NCBI GenBank assembly: GCA_044347905.1
Contig: JBIKTV010000001.1
Location: forward strand, 1-55,126
Direction of reading: 5' to 3'
Origin: Myxococcota bacterium
GTDB lineage: Bacteria; Myxococcota_A; UBA9042
Length of the DNA stretch: 55,126 bases
In this document: one piece after another, positions 29,075-38,250 of the stretch
Position numbering within the stretch: position 1 is the first letter of the stretch
How the letters are laid out: every line of letters starts with the position of its first letter
Program-made: the position numbers and the translations under genes
The notes under the pieces: model-generated
Seen by the model: the letters and a program-made list of their open reading frames with translations, nothing else
Databases searched by the model: none
What the model was told of the DNA's origin: nothing

Positions 29075-29617
29075 CTACGCCAGCGACAGCGGGTACGTCT
29101 CCAGGCGGGTATAGCGCGAGCCCTCGTCGCCCGGAGTGCTTGAATACAGGTGGAATTCCTCGACCTGCCACGGCCGACTCTTCAAGAGCGAGTGGGCGGC
29201 TAGAAACGCGGCGACATCGCTGTCCGCAGCGCGATCCAGCCGAGCCAAGGTGACATGCGGGGCGAAATTGCGCTTTTCCGGCGGCGCCCCGGCCTGGCGC
29301 ACCAGGTGCTCGACCTTGCTCTGCAGCCGCTCCAGGGGCTCGCTGGCCTGCACGCCGGTCCACAGGGAGTGCGGATGGCCGCGCGGCGGAAAGAAGCCAA
29401 CGCCACAAAGACTCAGGGAAAATGCGGGGAAGCGCAGGCACTCCAGCAATTCGTGGATATCGCGGCTGCGGCTGGCGTCGGTGGGGCCCAGAAACCGCAG
29501 CGTCAGATGCAAGTCATCGGGGTGAGTCCAGCGCGCCCCGGGAAGGGGACCGTAGAGCTCGATCAGCTGGTCGGCGATGTCGTCGGGGAGCCCCAGGGCG
29601 ATAAACAGGCGCATCAC
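29075..29617 (-). CDS. thpR: RNA 2',3'-cyclic phosphodiesterase (2H phosphoesterase, ThpR/LigT)
   Basis: 180 aa. Two HxT/S motifs (HLTLRFLG and HVTLARL) at the canonical spacing. MRLFIALGLP start typical of the family. Confidence 0.85.
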   Translation of the reverse strand: MMRLFIALGLPDDIADQLIELYGPLPGARWTHPDDLHLTLRFLGPTDASRSRDIHELLECLRFPAFSLSLCGVGFFPPRGHPHSLWTGVQASEPLERLQSKVEHLVRQAGAPPEKRNFAPHVTLARLDRAADSDVAAFLAAHSLLKSRPWQVEEFHLYSSTPGDEGSRYTRLETYPLSLA

Positions 29618-29620
29618 AGG

Positions 29621-30571
29621 CTATGCGACCTCGCCAAAGCCAAGGACGGTGCCCATGCCGCGGTTCTTCTCAAACACGCCTTCCTGCGCGCGGTTCTGCG
29701 GGTTAGCGGTGTTGCCTTCAATCGTGGTGATCGAGCCGTCGCCGTTCACGGACTTGACGATGCCGACGTGGTCCGCGCTCTTGTCGCCGTCCCAGTCAAA
29801 GAACACCAGATCGCCGGGCTGCGGGTCGTTCTTGCCCTTCCAGCGGCCCTGCTTTTTGAGCTGTTGCACAAAAGTCGGGGTGTACGGGCTATTGGTGGAC
29901 TTGCCGGCCTGGGTGTAGACCCAAGAGACAAAGTCGGCGCACCACGGCTCCGGACCGCGGCCAAAAAACTGCTGGTATTTCAGAGCTGCACCGCGGTTTT
30001 CGCCGCGCTCCGTCGTGCCGATTTGCGACTCGGCCACCCGCAGAATCTCTTTGCGCAGCTGCGCCTCGTCGCGGGGATTGGCCGGCGGCCGACGACTGCC
30101 CTGCTGGCCCGGCTCGCGCTGCTGACTTGGATTGCGCGGACTCTGGCCTTCGCCGCCCGGATCGCGCGAAGGCGTGCCGTATTGCGAGACGTCTAGCTCC
30201 ATCCCGGAACGCTCGCGCAGGGCGGCCCAGGACTGCGGACCGATGATGCCGTCGACCTCAAGGCCGCGTTTCTCTTGAAACTGAACCACGGCGCCGTGGG
30301 TCGCGGGGCCAAAAATGCCATCCGCAGGACCGGGCTGAAGGCCAGTCTTCTTGAGCAGCGTCTGGGCCATGCGGACTTCCGCACCCGTAGAGCCGCGGCG
30401 GATCATCTTGGGCAGGTGGGCCATGCCCGGGGCGACGCGGCCCTGTTGACCTTGCTGGCCCTGTTGGCCCTGTTGGCCCTGTTGACCTTGCTGGCCCTGT
30501 TGGCCTTGTTGACCCTGTTGGCCTTGCTGACCCTGCTGCTGAGGGCGGATGGGAGCTTGTTGGGCGGGCAT
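29621..30571 (-). CDS. Cell-wall hydrolase: (QQG)n tract, peptidoglycan-binding domain (PG_binding_1) and a CHAP amidase/peptidase domain
   Basis: GAEVRMAQTLLKKTGLQPGPADGIFGPATHGAVVQFQ (PG-binding). CADFVSWVY ... GDLVFFDWDGDKSADHVGIV (CHAP Cys/His). Confidence 0.85.
   Translation of the reverse strand: MPAQQAPIRPQQQGQQGQQGQQGQQGQQGQQGQQGQQGQQGQQGRVAPGMAHLPKMIRRGSTGAEVRMAQTLLKKTGLQPGPADGIFGPATHGAVVQFQEKRGLEVDGIIGPQSWAALRERSGMELDVSQYGTPSRDPGGEGQSPRNPSQQREPGQQGSRRPPANPRDEAQLRKEILRVAESQIGTTERGENRGAALKYQQFFGRGPEPWCADFVSWVYTQAGKSTNSPYTPTFVQQLKKQGRWKGKNDPQPGDLVFFDWDGDKSADHVGIVKSVNGDGSITTIEGNTANPQNRAQEGVFEKNRGMGTVLGFGEVA
30442..30540. repeat. About 11 tandem 9-nt units (cctgttggc and variants) encoding (QQG)n on the minus strand
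   Basis: Direct reading of 30442..30540. Units differ only at synonymous or near-synonymous positions. Confidence 0.9.
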
Positions 30572-30792
30572 CGGAGACTCCAGCAGACCGCGTCGGCAGC
30601 GGCTGATCCATCAATAGCCGGGCCCGCCCGTCGCGTCAATCGAGCCGCTAGCCTGCGGTGCTACAGTTGGGGTCCGCGGGCCCCACAGGCGGATCAGCTG
30701 GCGGGGACTCGCAGCCTGCCGGGGCGCCTGACGGCGACGGAGCGAAGTGGTACAAGAGCCGCGCCTGCGCCGTGCGGGCCAGGGGGACCCCA

Positions 30793-32061
30793 GTGGAACA
30801 CCAAACAAAGGTTGAGTTTTTGGCCATTGGCGATGAACTGCTGCGCGGCGAGTCGCGCGAAGGCAACGGCGCTTGGCTGGCTGGACAGCTGGCGCAACGA
30901 GGGGTGACCCTGGCGCAACTGCAAGTGATCCCTGATGATAGTCAGCGAATTGCCCTGGCGATCAGCGACGCTTCGCGGCGGCCGACCCTGCTCATCTGCA
31001 GCGGTGGTCTGGGGCCCACAGACGATGACTTTACCCGGGCGGCGGTCGCGGAGGCCCTGGGTGTCCCGCTGCGCCAAAGGGCCGAGGCGCTGGCGGCGAT
31101 CGAGGCGCGCTTTGCCAAGCTGGGGCGGGCGATGCACCCGCTCAATGCGAGGCAGGCCGAGTTTCCTGAGGGATCAACAGTAATTCCAAATGCCTTTGGC
31201 ACCGCGCCGGGGTTCGCGCTGCGCCGCGGCGATCTGACCCTGGTCTGCCTGCCGGGGGTGCCGCGGGAGTTTTGCGGAATGGCAGAAGCCGGCCTGGACC
31301 AGTGGCTCGCCGACCGTCGGATTGAAGTGGGGGCCGCAAAAACTGAGGTTACGCTTCGGCTTTTTGGTATTCCGGAGAGCAACATGCAGGGGATCTTGCA
31401 GGGCCTGCCCCACTACCACGCGGCCAAGCTGCGCTCGCTGCCCAGCTGGCCGGAGATCCGCCTCAAGCTCGCGCCAGTTAGCAGTCAAGCCCATGCAGAG
31501 TTTGATGAATTGCTTGCTGAAGTCCGCGCGGCCTTGCAGTGGCGCATTTACGGCGAAGGCGACGGCGACAGCCACGCGGCGGCGGTGTTGAGGGCGCTAC
31601 AGGCCCGGCAATTGCGCGTGGCGATTGCTGAATCGTGTACGGGTGGCCTGGTGGCCCAGCTGATCACCCAGGAGCCCGGGGCAAGTGAGACGCTGATCGC
31701 CGGCGTGGTCGCGTACGCGAATTCGGCAAAGACTCAAATCCTTGGGGTCGATGCTGCCGAGCTGGAAGAACACGGAGCCGTGTCGCAAGCGGTGGCGGAA
31801 GCGATGGCCCGCGGGGCTTTGCGCATCAGCGGCGCCGATGTGGCGATTGCGACAACGGGAATTGCCGGGCCCACCGGAGGCTCGCCAGACAAGCCGGTGG
31901 GCACCCTGTGGTTGGCGCTGGCCTGGCCTGGGGGCGTGGTGAGCCGCTCCTTCCTGTTTGCCGGCGTGGATCGCCAGCGCTTTCAGAGCTCTGCGGCCCA
32001 CACCGCGCTCAGTTGGCTGCGGCGCTACGCTCAGGGCCAGCTGGACGGCGAGCAGTTGTAG
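30793..32061 (+). CDS. cinA: CinA family protein (MoCF-like N-domain plus nicotinamide-nucleotide amidohydrolase PncC domain)
   Basis: ORF 30658..32061 trimmed to the GTG at 30793. FLAIGDELLRGE, LLICSGGLGPTDDDFT, VAIAESCTGGLVAQLIT, IATTGIAGPTGG. Confidence 0.85.
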   Translation: MEHQTKVEFLAIGDELLRGESREGNGAWLAGQLAQRGVTLAQLQVIPDDSQRIALAISDASRRPTLLICSGGLGPTDDDFTRAAVAEALGVPLRQRAEALAAIEARFAKLGRAMHPLNARQAEFPEGSTVIPNAFGTAPGFALRRGDLTLVCLPGVPREFCGMAEAGLDQWLADRRIEVGAAKTEVTLRLFGIPESNMQGILQGLPHYHAAKLRSLPSWPEIRLKLAPVSSQAHAEFDELLAEVRAALQWRIYGEGDGDSHAAAVLRALQARQLRVAIAESCTGGLVAQLITQEPGASETLIAGVVAYANSAKTQILGVDAAELEEHGAVSQAVAEAMARGALRISGADVAIATTGIAGPTGGSPDKPVGTLWLALAWPGGVVSRSFLFAGVDRQRFQSSAAHTALSWLRRYAQGQLDGEQL

Positions 32062-32112
32062 AATTCCTCCCCACAGGTGTAGAAATGGTCGACATTCACG
32101 AGGTCGATCGCC

Positions 32113-35100
32113 ATGTCGCCTGCCCGCCGGACCGCTGCACAACTGCATGATGATACTGCGTTGCCCCTAGGGGCTGCCGACCCGCCGCGGGTAGGGCCGT
32201 GGCAAGCCGTGGAGGCCTTGACGCCGGGGGGCAGCAGCCAAGTGTGGCTGGCGCGTCGCGGCGATCAACCGCCTGCGTGGGTCATCAAGGTCGCCCGGCC
32301 AGAGCTGCAGGATGTGCTGAGCCGCGAATGGCGGGCGCTGCTAGAAGTGCCGCTGGCGATGATCCCCGAACCGGCGTGGATCAGCCCTGTTCTTAAAGGG
32401 TTACAGCCTGCACAGCCCGGTGATCCCCGCGGACGCGCCCAGGCTCTGGTGCTGCAGCGCTGCCCTGGCGAGCCCTTAAGCCTAGCGCTGGCCGGCAGAA
32501 CGGCTGCCGAGGTGCGCCAAGTGGGCGCGGCGCTCCTGCGCGGACTGGCGGTGCTGCACGGCCGCGGCTGGGTGCACGGCGACCTGCATCCCGGCAACGT
32601 GCTAGTGCAGTGGCGGGGAACCCAGCCTCAGGTCACGCTTTTGGATCTTGGGCTGGCCGATCGCTGCGGCGAGTCGATTCGCGGTCCGGGGCGGCTGGAT
32701 TGCGCGGCTCCGGAGCGGCTTCGCGGCGGGCGCGCCGATCCCCGCGATGATCTGTTTGCGGTCGCTGCGGCCCTGTGGCAGGCCTGGCTGGGCTCGCCCG
32801 CTTGGCCGGGGTATCCGCTGCAGATGCCGGAGTCGCAACAGCGCCCAGAGGTGCCGGCGGGCTTAGAGCTAGAGAAGCACAGGCTTTTGCTGGCCCTGTC
32901 TGCGATGCTTGCCCCAGAGCGCGACCATCGCCCTCAAGACGCGGAGGCGGCGCTGCGGCTGTGGCAAGGGCGCGACGACCAAGACGACAATCGCCAATGG
33001 TGGGCCCAGGCCCTGCGCAGCCTGAGCCATCGCAAAACCTTTTGGATACCTCAAGAATTTCCGGTCGCAGGCCCCCTGTGGCTTGCTGGGCCGGCGGGCT
33101 CTGGCCGCACTTCGCTGCTGACGAGCCTGGCCACGGTGGCGGCGGAAGCTGGGCAGCCGTGCGCGTGGTTGAGCGTCGCGAGCGACGGCGCGCTGGAACT
33201 CGCTTCGGCGATGCGGTTTGTTCGCCACTGCCCGGCGGCGCTAACGGGCTCCATGCTCGGCGACGGTCTAGCTCAACTGGCAGAGCAAGGCGCGCGCTGG
33301 CTGGGCGAACAGTTGGCGGATCTGGGCGGGCCCGGCCTGCTGTTGGTCGACGACGCGGACCGACTGGGCGCGCTGGCGGCGGCGTTGCTGCAGCGCGTGG
33401 TGGCGGACCCGGAGCCCCTCTGCGGCTGGCGCCTGATTGCGGTGGGCGGGCAAATTCCTCAGGGAGCCAGCAGCTTTTTGCTGGGTGCCCAGACGGAAGC
33501 TGAGCTGGCCGATCGCTTGAGCGCGGCGAGCGGCGGGCGGCGCTGGGACGCAGCGGTGGTCGCAGCGCTGAGCCAAGTGACCGGAGCGCGGCGCGGAGAA
33601 GTGTTTGAGCTGGCGTCTGAATTGCTTGAGCGTTCGGCCTTGCAGCTGGGCTCTGGGCTGGTCAGCTGGGGTGTGGATACCTCAGAGCCGCAGGCCATGG
33701 TCGCGGAGCTGGCCCTGGAGCGGCGGGTTTGGAGCTTGCCGGCGGAGTCGCACTGGCCTCTTCTGGCGCGGGCTGCGGTGGCGGCTTGCGCGCTAGGCGG
33801 TGTCGTCGGGGATATTACCGATGAAGAACGCGAGTTTGCCGAGCGCTCTCCGCTCGTGGCGCTGCGGGGGGCGGGCCAATTGGCCATGGCCGACGAGGCG
33901 GCGCGCGAGTTTGCCCTGGGCCAGCTTCCGGCGGCTCTAGTGGCGGCGGAAATGCGCAAGCGCGGGCAAGCGGCTCTGCGGCCAGACGAGGCGGCGCTCT
34001 GGCAGGCGCGCGCTTGGCAGCTCGACGCTCAGCAAGAACCTTCGCCAGAGCAGATGGCGGCGGCCGTGGTGGGGCTGCAGGCGCGCGGAGAATTCGCTGC
34101 GGTAGACGGGCTTTGCGCGCGGTGGCTGCCGGCCCAAGCGGTTAACAGCGCCGATCTGAAGCTGGCCGACGTGGCCGCGGCTTGGCTGGGGGCGCGGGTC
34201 GCCCAGGGGCGTTTGGCCGAAGCGGAGGCGCTGAGCGCCCAGTGGCCCCTGAGCTGGCGCGGCCATCGCGGCCTGCTTTTGGCCCGGGCTGAGGCGGCGT
34301 TTCGCGGCGGGCTGTATCCGCAATGCCGCGAGTTGGCACAGGATTTGACTGGGCGAGATCCCGGCGATGTCGACGGCTGGCTGTGGTTGGTGTTTGCGGC
34401 CACCTGGCAGGGCGACCGCCAGTTTGCGGCCGAAGCCCTGGATCGCGCCGTGCAACTGGCGAGCGGGCAGCCCGACAAACTGGCGATCTGCCAATACCTC
34501 AGCGGCTTGCACAGCTATTACGCCGGCCGCCTAGATGATGCCCAGGAGAGCCTGTCAGAGCTGTTGCCGCATGTGTCGGCGGGTCTGCTGTCGGCGGTGC
34601 TGGGCGCGCTGGGCCTTGTGAGTCATCGGCGCGGCGAATTGGCCCAGGCCCGCAGCCACTATCAGCGCGCAGCCGGCGTGGCCGAGGCGATCGGCGATCG
34701 CTTGAGGGCGATCAATATGTCCATGAATTCAGCCGTTGTTGACCACGAGGCCGGCGAGCTCGGCCGGGCTCTCGCGGGCTACGCGCGGGTCATCCAGCTG
34801 GCGGAACACGCGGGCAATCCCGGCGCGGAAGCCCGTGCGCGCAATAACCGTGCCAATCTCCTAACGACAATCGGCCTCTTTGCCTCTGCCCAGCGCGACT
34901 TGGAGGCAGCCCTGCGCCTGTGGTTGCAGGTGGGCAACGGCTACATGGAGGGCAACGCCCGCTGCCTGCTGGGCGAAATTGCCCGGCGCGAGGGACACTT
35001 GGCCGAGGCAGACCTGCAGTTGTCGCAGGCGGACGCGGCGCTTGAGAGCGCTGGCGCGGTCCATGAACGCTCCGAAATCCTCTTGGAACGCGCCCATTTG

Positions 35101-37188
35101 CTCCTGCTCCGCGGCGATCTCGCAGGGGCGCGGGCCCTTGTGCAGCGGCTGCGCGGCGAGGCTTCTGCGGCGGGGCAGCGCGAATTGCACGGGCGCGCGC
35201 TGGTGTTGTCCGCCCAGACGGAGCTGGAGTCGGCGCCGTTTCGCCCGCTCCAGACGGAAAAGCTCGCGCAAATCGACGACGACCTGCGCCTCGCCCTGGA
35301 GCTGTTGCCCACCAGCAAGCCCCTGCACCGCACCCTGGCGGCGGCGTTGCGCGTGCGATTGCTGTTGCAGCGCGGTAGGTTGCAGGAGGCCGTTGAGCTG
35401 GCTGCGGAGCAGATGGCCCTGGTGGAGCGGGTCGCGCTGACCTTGGAAGGGCCGGAGCGAACCGCCTTTGAGCGGGCTCCGGGCGATGCGGCGCCGCGGG
35501 CCGTGTTGATCGCCGTGGCTCAGCTTCACCTCGATCCGGCCACCCAAGGCGGGCGCAGCGGCCTGTTGCCGACCCTGGTGGCGATCAATCGCCGGCTCGG
35601 CGGCCAGAGGGATGTGGCTGAACTGCTAGAGACAGTTATGGATTCTGCGGTCCTGCTCACAGGAGCGGAGCGCGGCTTTCTCCTGATCGACGACGGCGAC
35701 TGCGCCGATCCCCCCGAGCTTCGCGCGGCGCGGCTGCGGGTGGCGGTGGCGCGCAACCTCGATCGCGAAAACCTCAAGCGCCCCCAGCACAAGCTCAGCC
35801 ACAGCGTCGCAGAGCAGGTGTTCGCCTCCGGGGAAACCGTGCTGTCTCTGGACGCGCAACTGGACGCGCGCTTTGCCGAGCAGGCCAGCGTCCACACCGG
35901 CAGCCTGAGGTCGATTCTGTGCGTGCCGCTGAGGGCCCAGAGCGGTGCCCTTGGGGTGGTCTATGTCGACAATCGCTTTGCTTCAGGCGCTTTTACGGCG
36001 GAGCACGCCGCGCTGCTGGCCGCACTGGCCGATCAGGCCGCCATCGCCTTGCAGACCGCGAGGTTGATCGCCGAACAGCGGGCGACTGCAGAAGCCCTGG
36101 AGAAGGCCCGCGCCGAAGTCGAGTCGCTCAATGGGCAATTGCGCGCTCAGCTGGCTGAAGTGGAAGATCAGCTCGATCACGCCCGCGCGGATCTCGATGC
36201 CCAGCGCCTCGCCATCGTCCGCCGCAGCGATTACTCGCAGATTAAGGGCGAAAGTCCCCATCTCCTTAGGCTTTTTGGCCTGATGGATCGGGTGCGCGAC
36301 CACGATTTTCCGGTGCTTCTGCGCGGCGAGTCGGGCACGGGCAAGGAGCTGGTGGCGCGGGCCATCCACTTTACCGGGCGGCGCAAACGCGGGCCGTTTG
36401 TCGCGGTCAATTGCGGGGCGTTGCCGCCGAATCTCTTGGAATCCGAACTGTTTGGCCATACCCGCGGCGCCTTTACCGGGGCCGTAGCGGAGAGGCGCGG
36501 GCTGTTTGAGGCGGCCCACGGCGGCACGCTGCTGCTCGATGAAGTGGGCGAAATGCCGCTAGAAATGCAGGTCAAGCTGCTGCGGGTGCTGCAGACCGGA
36601 GAGATCACCCGGGTGGGCGAGACGGCGTCGCGCAAGGTGGACGCGCGGGTAGTGGCGGCGACGCATAGAGATTTGCAGGCGATGGTCGGGCAGGGCAGCT
36701 TTCGCGAGGACCTGCTGTACCGGCTCAAGGTCGTCGAACTGGTGATTCCGCCGCTGCGCCAGAGGCCAGAGGATATTCCCCTGCTGGTGGAGTACTTTAC
36801 CGCAGAGAATCGCAAGGCTTCTCTGGGCAATGTGCAGCGCGTTTCCAAGGCGGCCATGGCCCGGCTCGTGCAGTTTTCCTGGCCGGGCAACATTCGCCAG
36901 CTGGAGACGGTGCTCAAGGCGGCCTGCCTGTTTGCCGACAGCACCGTGCTGGAGCTGCTGGATATCGAGCCGTTGCTGTCGCGAGAACGCGCCGATGTCG
37001 CGGTGGCCCATGGGCAAAGTGACCCTGGCGCTTGGTGGGAGAGCGCGAGCCTGCTGGAGATCGAAGAGCGCTTGCTGGCCAGCCGCCTCGCCCGCTTTGA
37101 CGGCAACAAGAAGCGCGCGGCGGAGAGCTTGGGCATCGATCGCGGCACCCTCTACAACAAGTTGCGGGAAAAAGGGGGCAGACCGTGA
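32113..37188 (+). CDS. 1691-aa multidomain regulator: Ser/Thr-kinase-like domain, STAND/AAA ATPase-like region, TPR array, GAF domain, sigma54-interaction AAA+ domain and a Fis-type HTH
   Basis: Kinase-like VIKVARPE, HGDLHPGN (32575..32598), DLG, APE. P-loop-like GPAGSGRTS (33088..33114) and LLLVDDADRLG. TPR-like repeats. GAF (LLETVMDSAVLLTGAERGFLLIDD). LLRGESGTGKELVARAIH, GAFTGA, LLLDEVGEM. HTH GNKKRAAESLGIDRGTLYNKL. Confidence 0.9.
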   Translation: MSPARRTAAQLHDDTALPLGAADPPRVGPWQAVEALTPGGSSQVWLARRGDQPPAWVIKVARPELQDVLSREWRALLEVPLAMIPEPAWISPVLKGLQPAQPGDPRGRAQALVLQRCPGEPLSLALAGRTAAEVRQVGAALLRGLAVLHGRGWVHGDLHPGNVLVQWRGTQPQVTLLDLGLADRCGESIRGPGRLDCAAPERLRGGRADPRDDLFAVAAALWQAWLGSPAWPGYPLQMPESQQRPEVPAGLELEKHRLLLALSAMLAPERDHRPQDAEAALRLWQGRDDQDDNRQWWAQALRSLSHRKTFWIPQEFPVAGPLWLAGPAGSGRTSLLTSLATVAAEAGQPCAWLSVASDGALELASAMRFVRHCPAALTGSMLGDGLAQLAEQGARWLGEQLADLGGPGLLLVDDADRLGALAAALLQRVVADPEPLCGWRLIAVGGQIPQGASSFLLGAQTEAELADRLSAASGGRRWDAAVVAALSQVTGARRGEVFELASELLERSALQLGSGLVSWGVDTSEPQAMVAELALERRVWSLPAESHWPLLARAAVAACALGGVVGDITDEEREFAERSPLVALRGAGQLAMADEAAREFALGQLPAALVAAEMRKRGQAALRPDEAALWQARAWQLDAQQEPSPEQMAAAVVGLQARGEFAAVDGLCARWLPAQAVNSADLKLADVAAAWLGARVAQGRLAEAEALSAQWPLSWRGHRGLLLARAEAAFRGGLYPQCRELAQDLTGRDPGDVDGWLWLVFAATWQGDRQFAAEALDRAVQLASGQPDKLAICQYLSGLHSYYAGRLDDAQESLSELLPHVSAGLLSAVLGALGLVSHRRGELAQARSHYQRAAGVAEAIGDRLRAINMSMNSAVVDHEAGELGRALAGYARVIQLAEHAGNPGAEARARNNRANLLTTIGLFASAQRDLEAALRLWLQVGNGYMEGNARCLLGEIARREGHLAEADLQLSQADAALESAGAVHERSEILLERAHLLLLRGDLAGARALVQRLRGEASAAGQRELHGRALVLSAQTELESAPFRPLQTEKLAQIDDDLRLALELLPTSKPLHRTLAAALRVRLLLQRGRLQEAVELAAEQMALVERVALTLEGPERTAFERAPGDAAPRAVLIAVAQLHLDPATQGGRSGLLPTLVAINRRLGGQRDVAELLETVMDSAVLLTGAERGFLLIDDGDCADPPELRAARLRVAVARNLDRENLKRPQHKLSHSVAEQVFASGETVLSLDAQLDARFAEQASVHTGSLRSILCVPLRAQSGALGVVYVDNRFASGAFTAEHAALLAALADQAAIALQTARLIAEQRATAEALEKARAEVESLNGQLRAQLAEVEDQLDHARADLDAQRLAIVRRSDYSQIKGESPHLLRLFGLMDRVRDHDFPVLLRGESGTGKELVARAIHFTGRRKRGPFVAVNCGALPPNLLESELFGHTRGAFTGAVAERRGLFEAAHGGTLLLDEVGEMPLEMQVKLLRVLQTGEITRVGETASRKVDARVVAATHRDLQAMVGQGSFREDLLYRLKVVELVIPPLRQRPEDIPLLVEYFTAENRKASLGNVQRVSKAAMARLVQFSWPGNIRQLETVLKAACLFADSTVLELLDIEPLLSRERADVAVAHGQSDPGAWWESASLLEIEERLLASRLARFDGNKKRAAESLGIDRGTLYNKLREKGGRP

Positions 37189-38162
37189 GCGCACCGCCGC
37201 GGGTTTTTGCGGGCTGGCTGTTGCTGCAGCGGGTGGCGATCGGCGCGATGGCTGAGGTGTTTCGCGCGCGCAAGTTTGGCGGCGGGCCGCTGGCGCCAGA
37301 TGTCGCGCTCAAGCGCTTGCTGCCCGGCTTGGCCGGCGATGCCCGCGGAACTCTGCTCTATCAGCGCGAAATGGAAGCGCTTCGCCGCATTCGCCATCCC
37401 GGCGTCGTGGCGCTGATGGAGGTTGGCGAGGCCGACGGGTTGCCCTACGCCGTCATGCCGTGGCTGGGCGGTGCCAACCTGCGCCAGCTGCTGCGCGCGG
37501 ATCTCACTGCACCGCAAGGGCAAATTCCCCTTCCGCCGGGGCCGGCTCTCATGCTGGCGGCGCAATTGGCGGATGGTTTGGCGGCGGCCCATGCGGCGGG
37601 AATCGTTCACCGCGACCTCTCTCCGACCAATGTGCAGATCACGGACCAAGGCCAAGTGGTGCTGCTGGATTTTGGCATCGCCCGCGTCGCCGGCTTGGCC
37701 CTGACCGATCGCGGCGATCAGCTGCCGGGCAAGCGCGCCTACGCTTCGCCGGAACAACTCCGCGGTGAGCCAGTCGACGCCCGCTCTGACCTGTACCAAC
37801 TGGGCTTGATCCTTGCAGAATGTCTGGTCGACCACCCTCTGGAGAGGGACGCAGCGGCGGCGGCAGCTGGTCTGGGCCCGCGCGCAGGGCAGTTGCTGTG
37901 CGCTCTGCTGGAGGCGGACAGGACTCGGCGTCCGGCCGATGCCGCGGAATTGGCGCAACAGCTGAGGAAATGTGCCCAAGAGGCCTATGGCGAGGCCGAC
38001 GCCCTGCAGGAGGCCAGCCTGTGGTTTCGCCAGCGACTGCAGCTTGTGCCGCCGCCGCCCGCGGAAACAGCTTGGAGCGCCGCGGAGTTGCGCGGAGAAG
38101 AGGTGACCCACCCGCACCTGGACCCCGATGCGACAGCCGTGCATATGGGCGATGAGGCGTAA
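37185..38162 (+). CDS. Ser/Thr protein kinase (catalytic domain plus a short tail)
   Basis: GTG at 37185 overlaps the upstream stop (GTGA). GAMAEVFRA, VALKRL, HRDLSPTNVQI, DFGIARV, YASPEQLRG, DLYQLG. Confidence 0.9.
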   Translation: MSAPPRVFAGWLLLQRVAIGAMAEVFRARKFGGGPLAPDVALKRLLPGLAGDARGTLLYQREMEALRRIRHPGVVALMEVGEADGLPYAVMPWLGGANLRQLLRADLTAPQGQIPLPPGPALMLAAQLADGLAAAHAAGIVHRDLSPTNVQITDQGQVVLLDFGIARVAGLALTDRGDQLPGKRAYASPEQLRGEPVDARSDLYQLGLILAECLVDHPLERDAAAAAAGLGPRAGQLLCALLEADRTRRPADAAELAQQLRKCAQEAYGEADALQEASLWFRQRLQLVPPPPAETAWSAAELRGEEVTHPHLDPDATAVHMGDEA

Positions 38163-38250
38163 ATCCTAAGGATTTTCAAATGGACACCGCAGCAGCCGCT
38201 GCAATTTCCCGCGGTGGTTGTAGCATCGCCCGTGCCCCCTCTGGAGACCC

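Noticed and set aside
38163-38250. Search for sigma54 -24/-12 promoters (TGGCAC-N5-TTGCW) that the giant activator could drive. Also checked: 19501..19629, 26031..26147, 40525..40586, 44167..44344, 49486..49588.
   Set aside because: Only partial matches with the wrong GG-GC spacing were found by eye. Nothing is good enough to report, and a PWM scan of the whole genome is needed.
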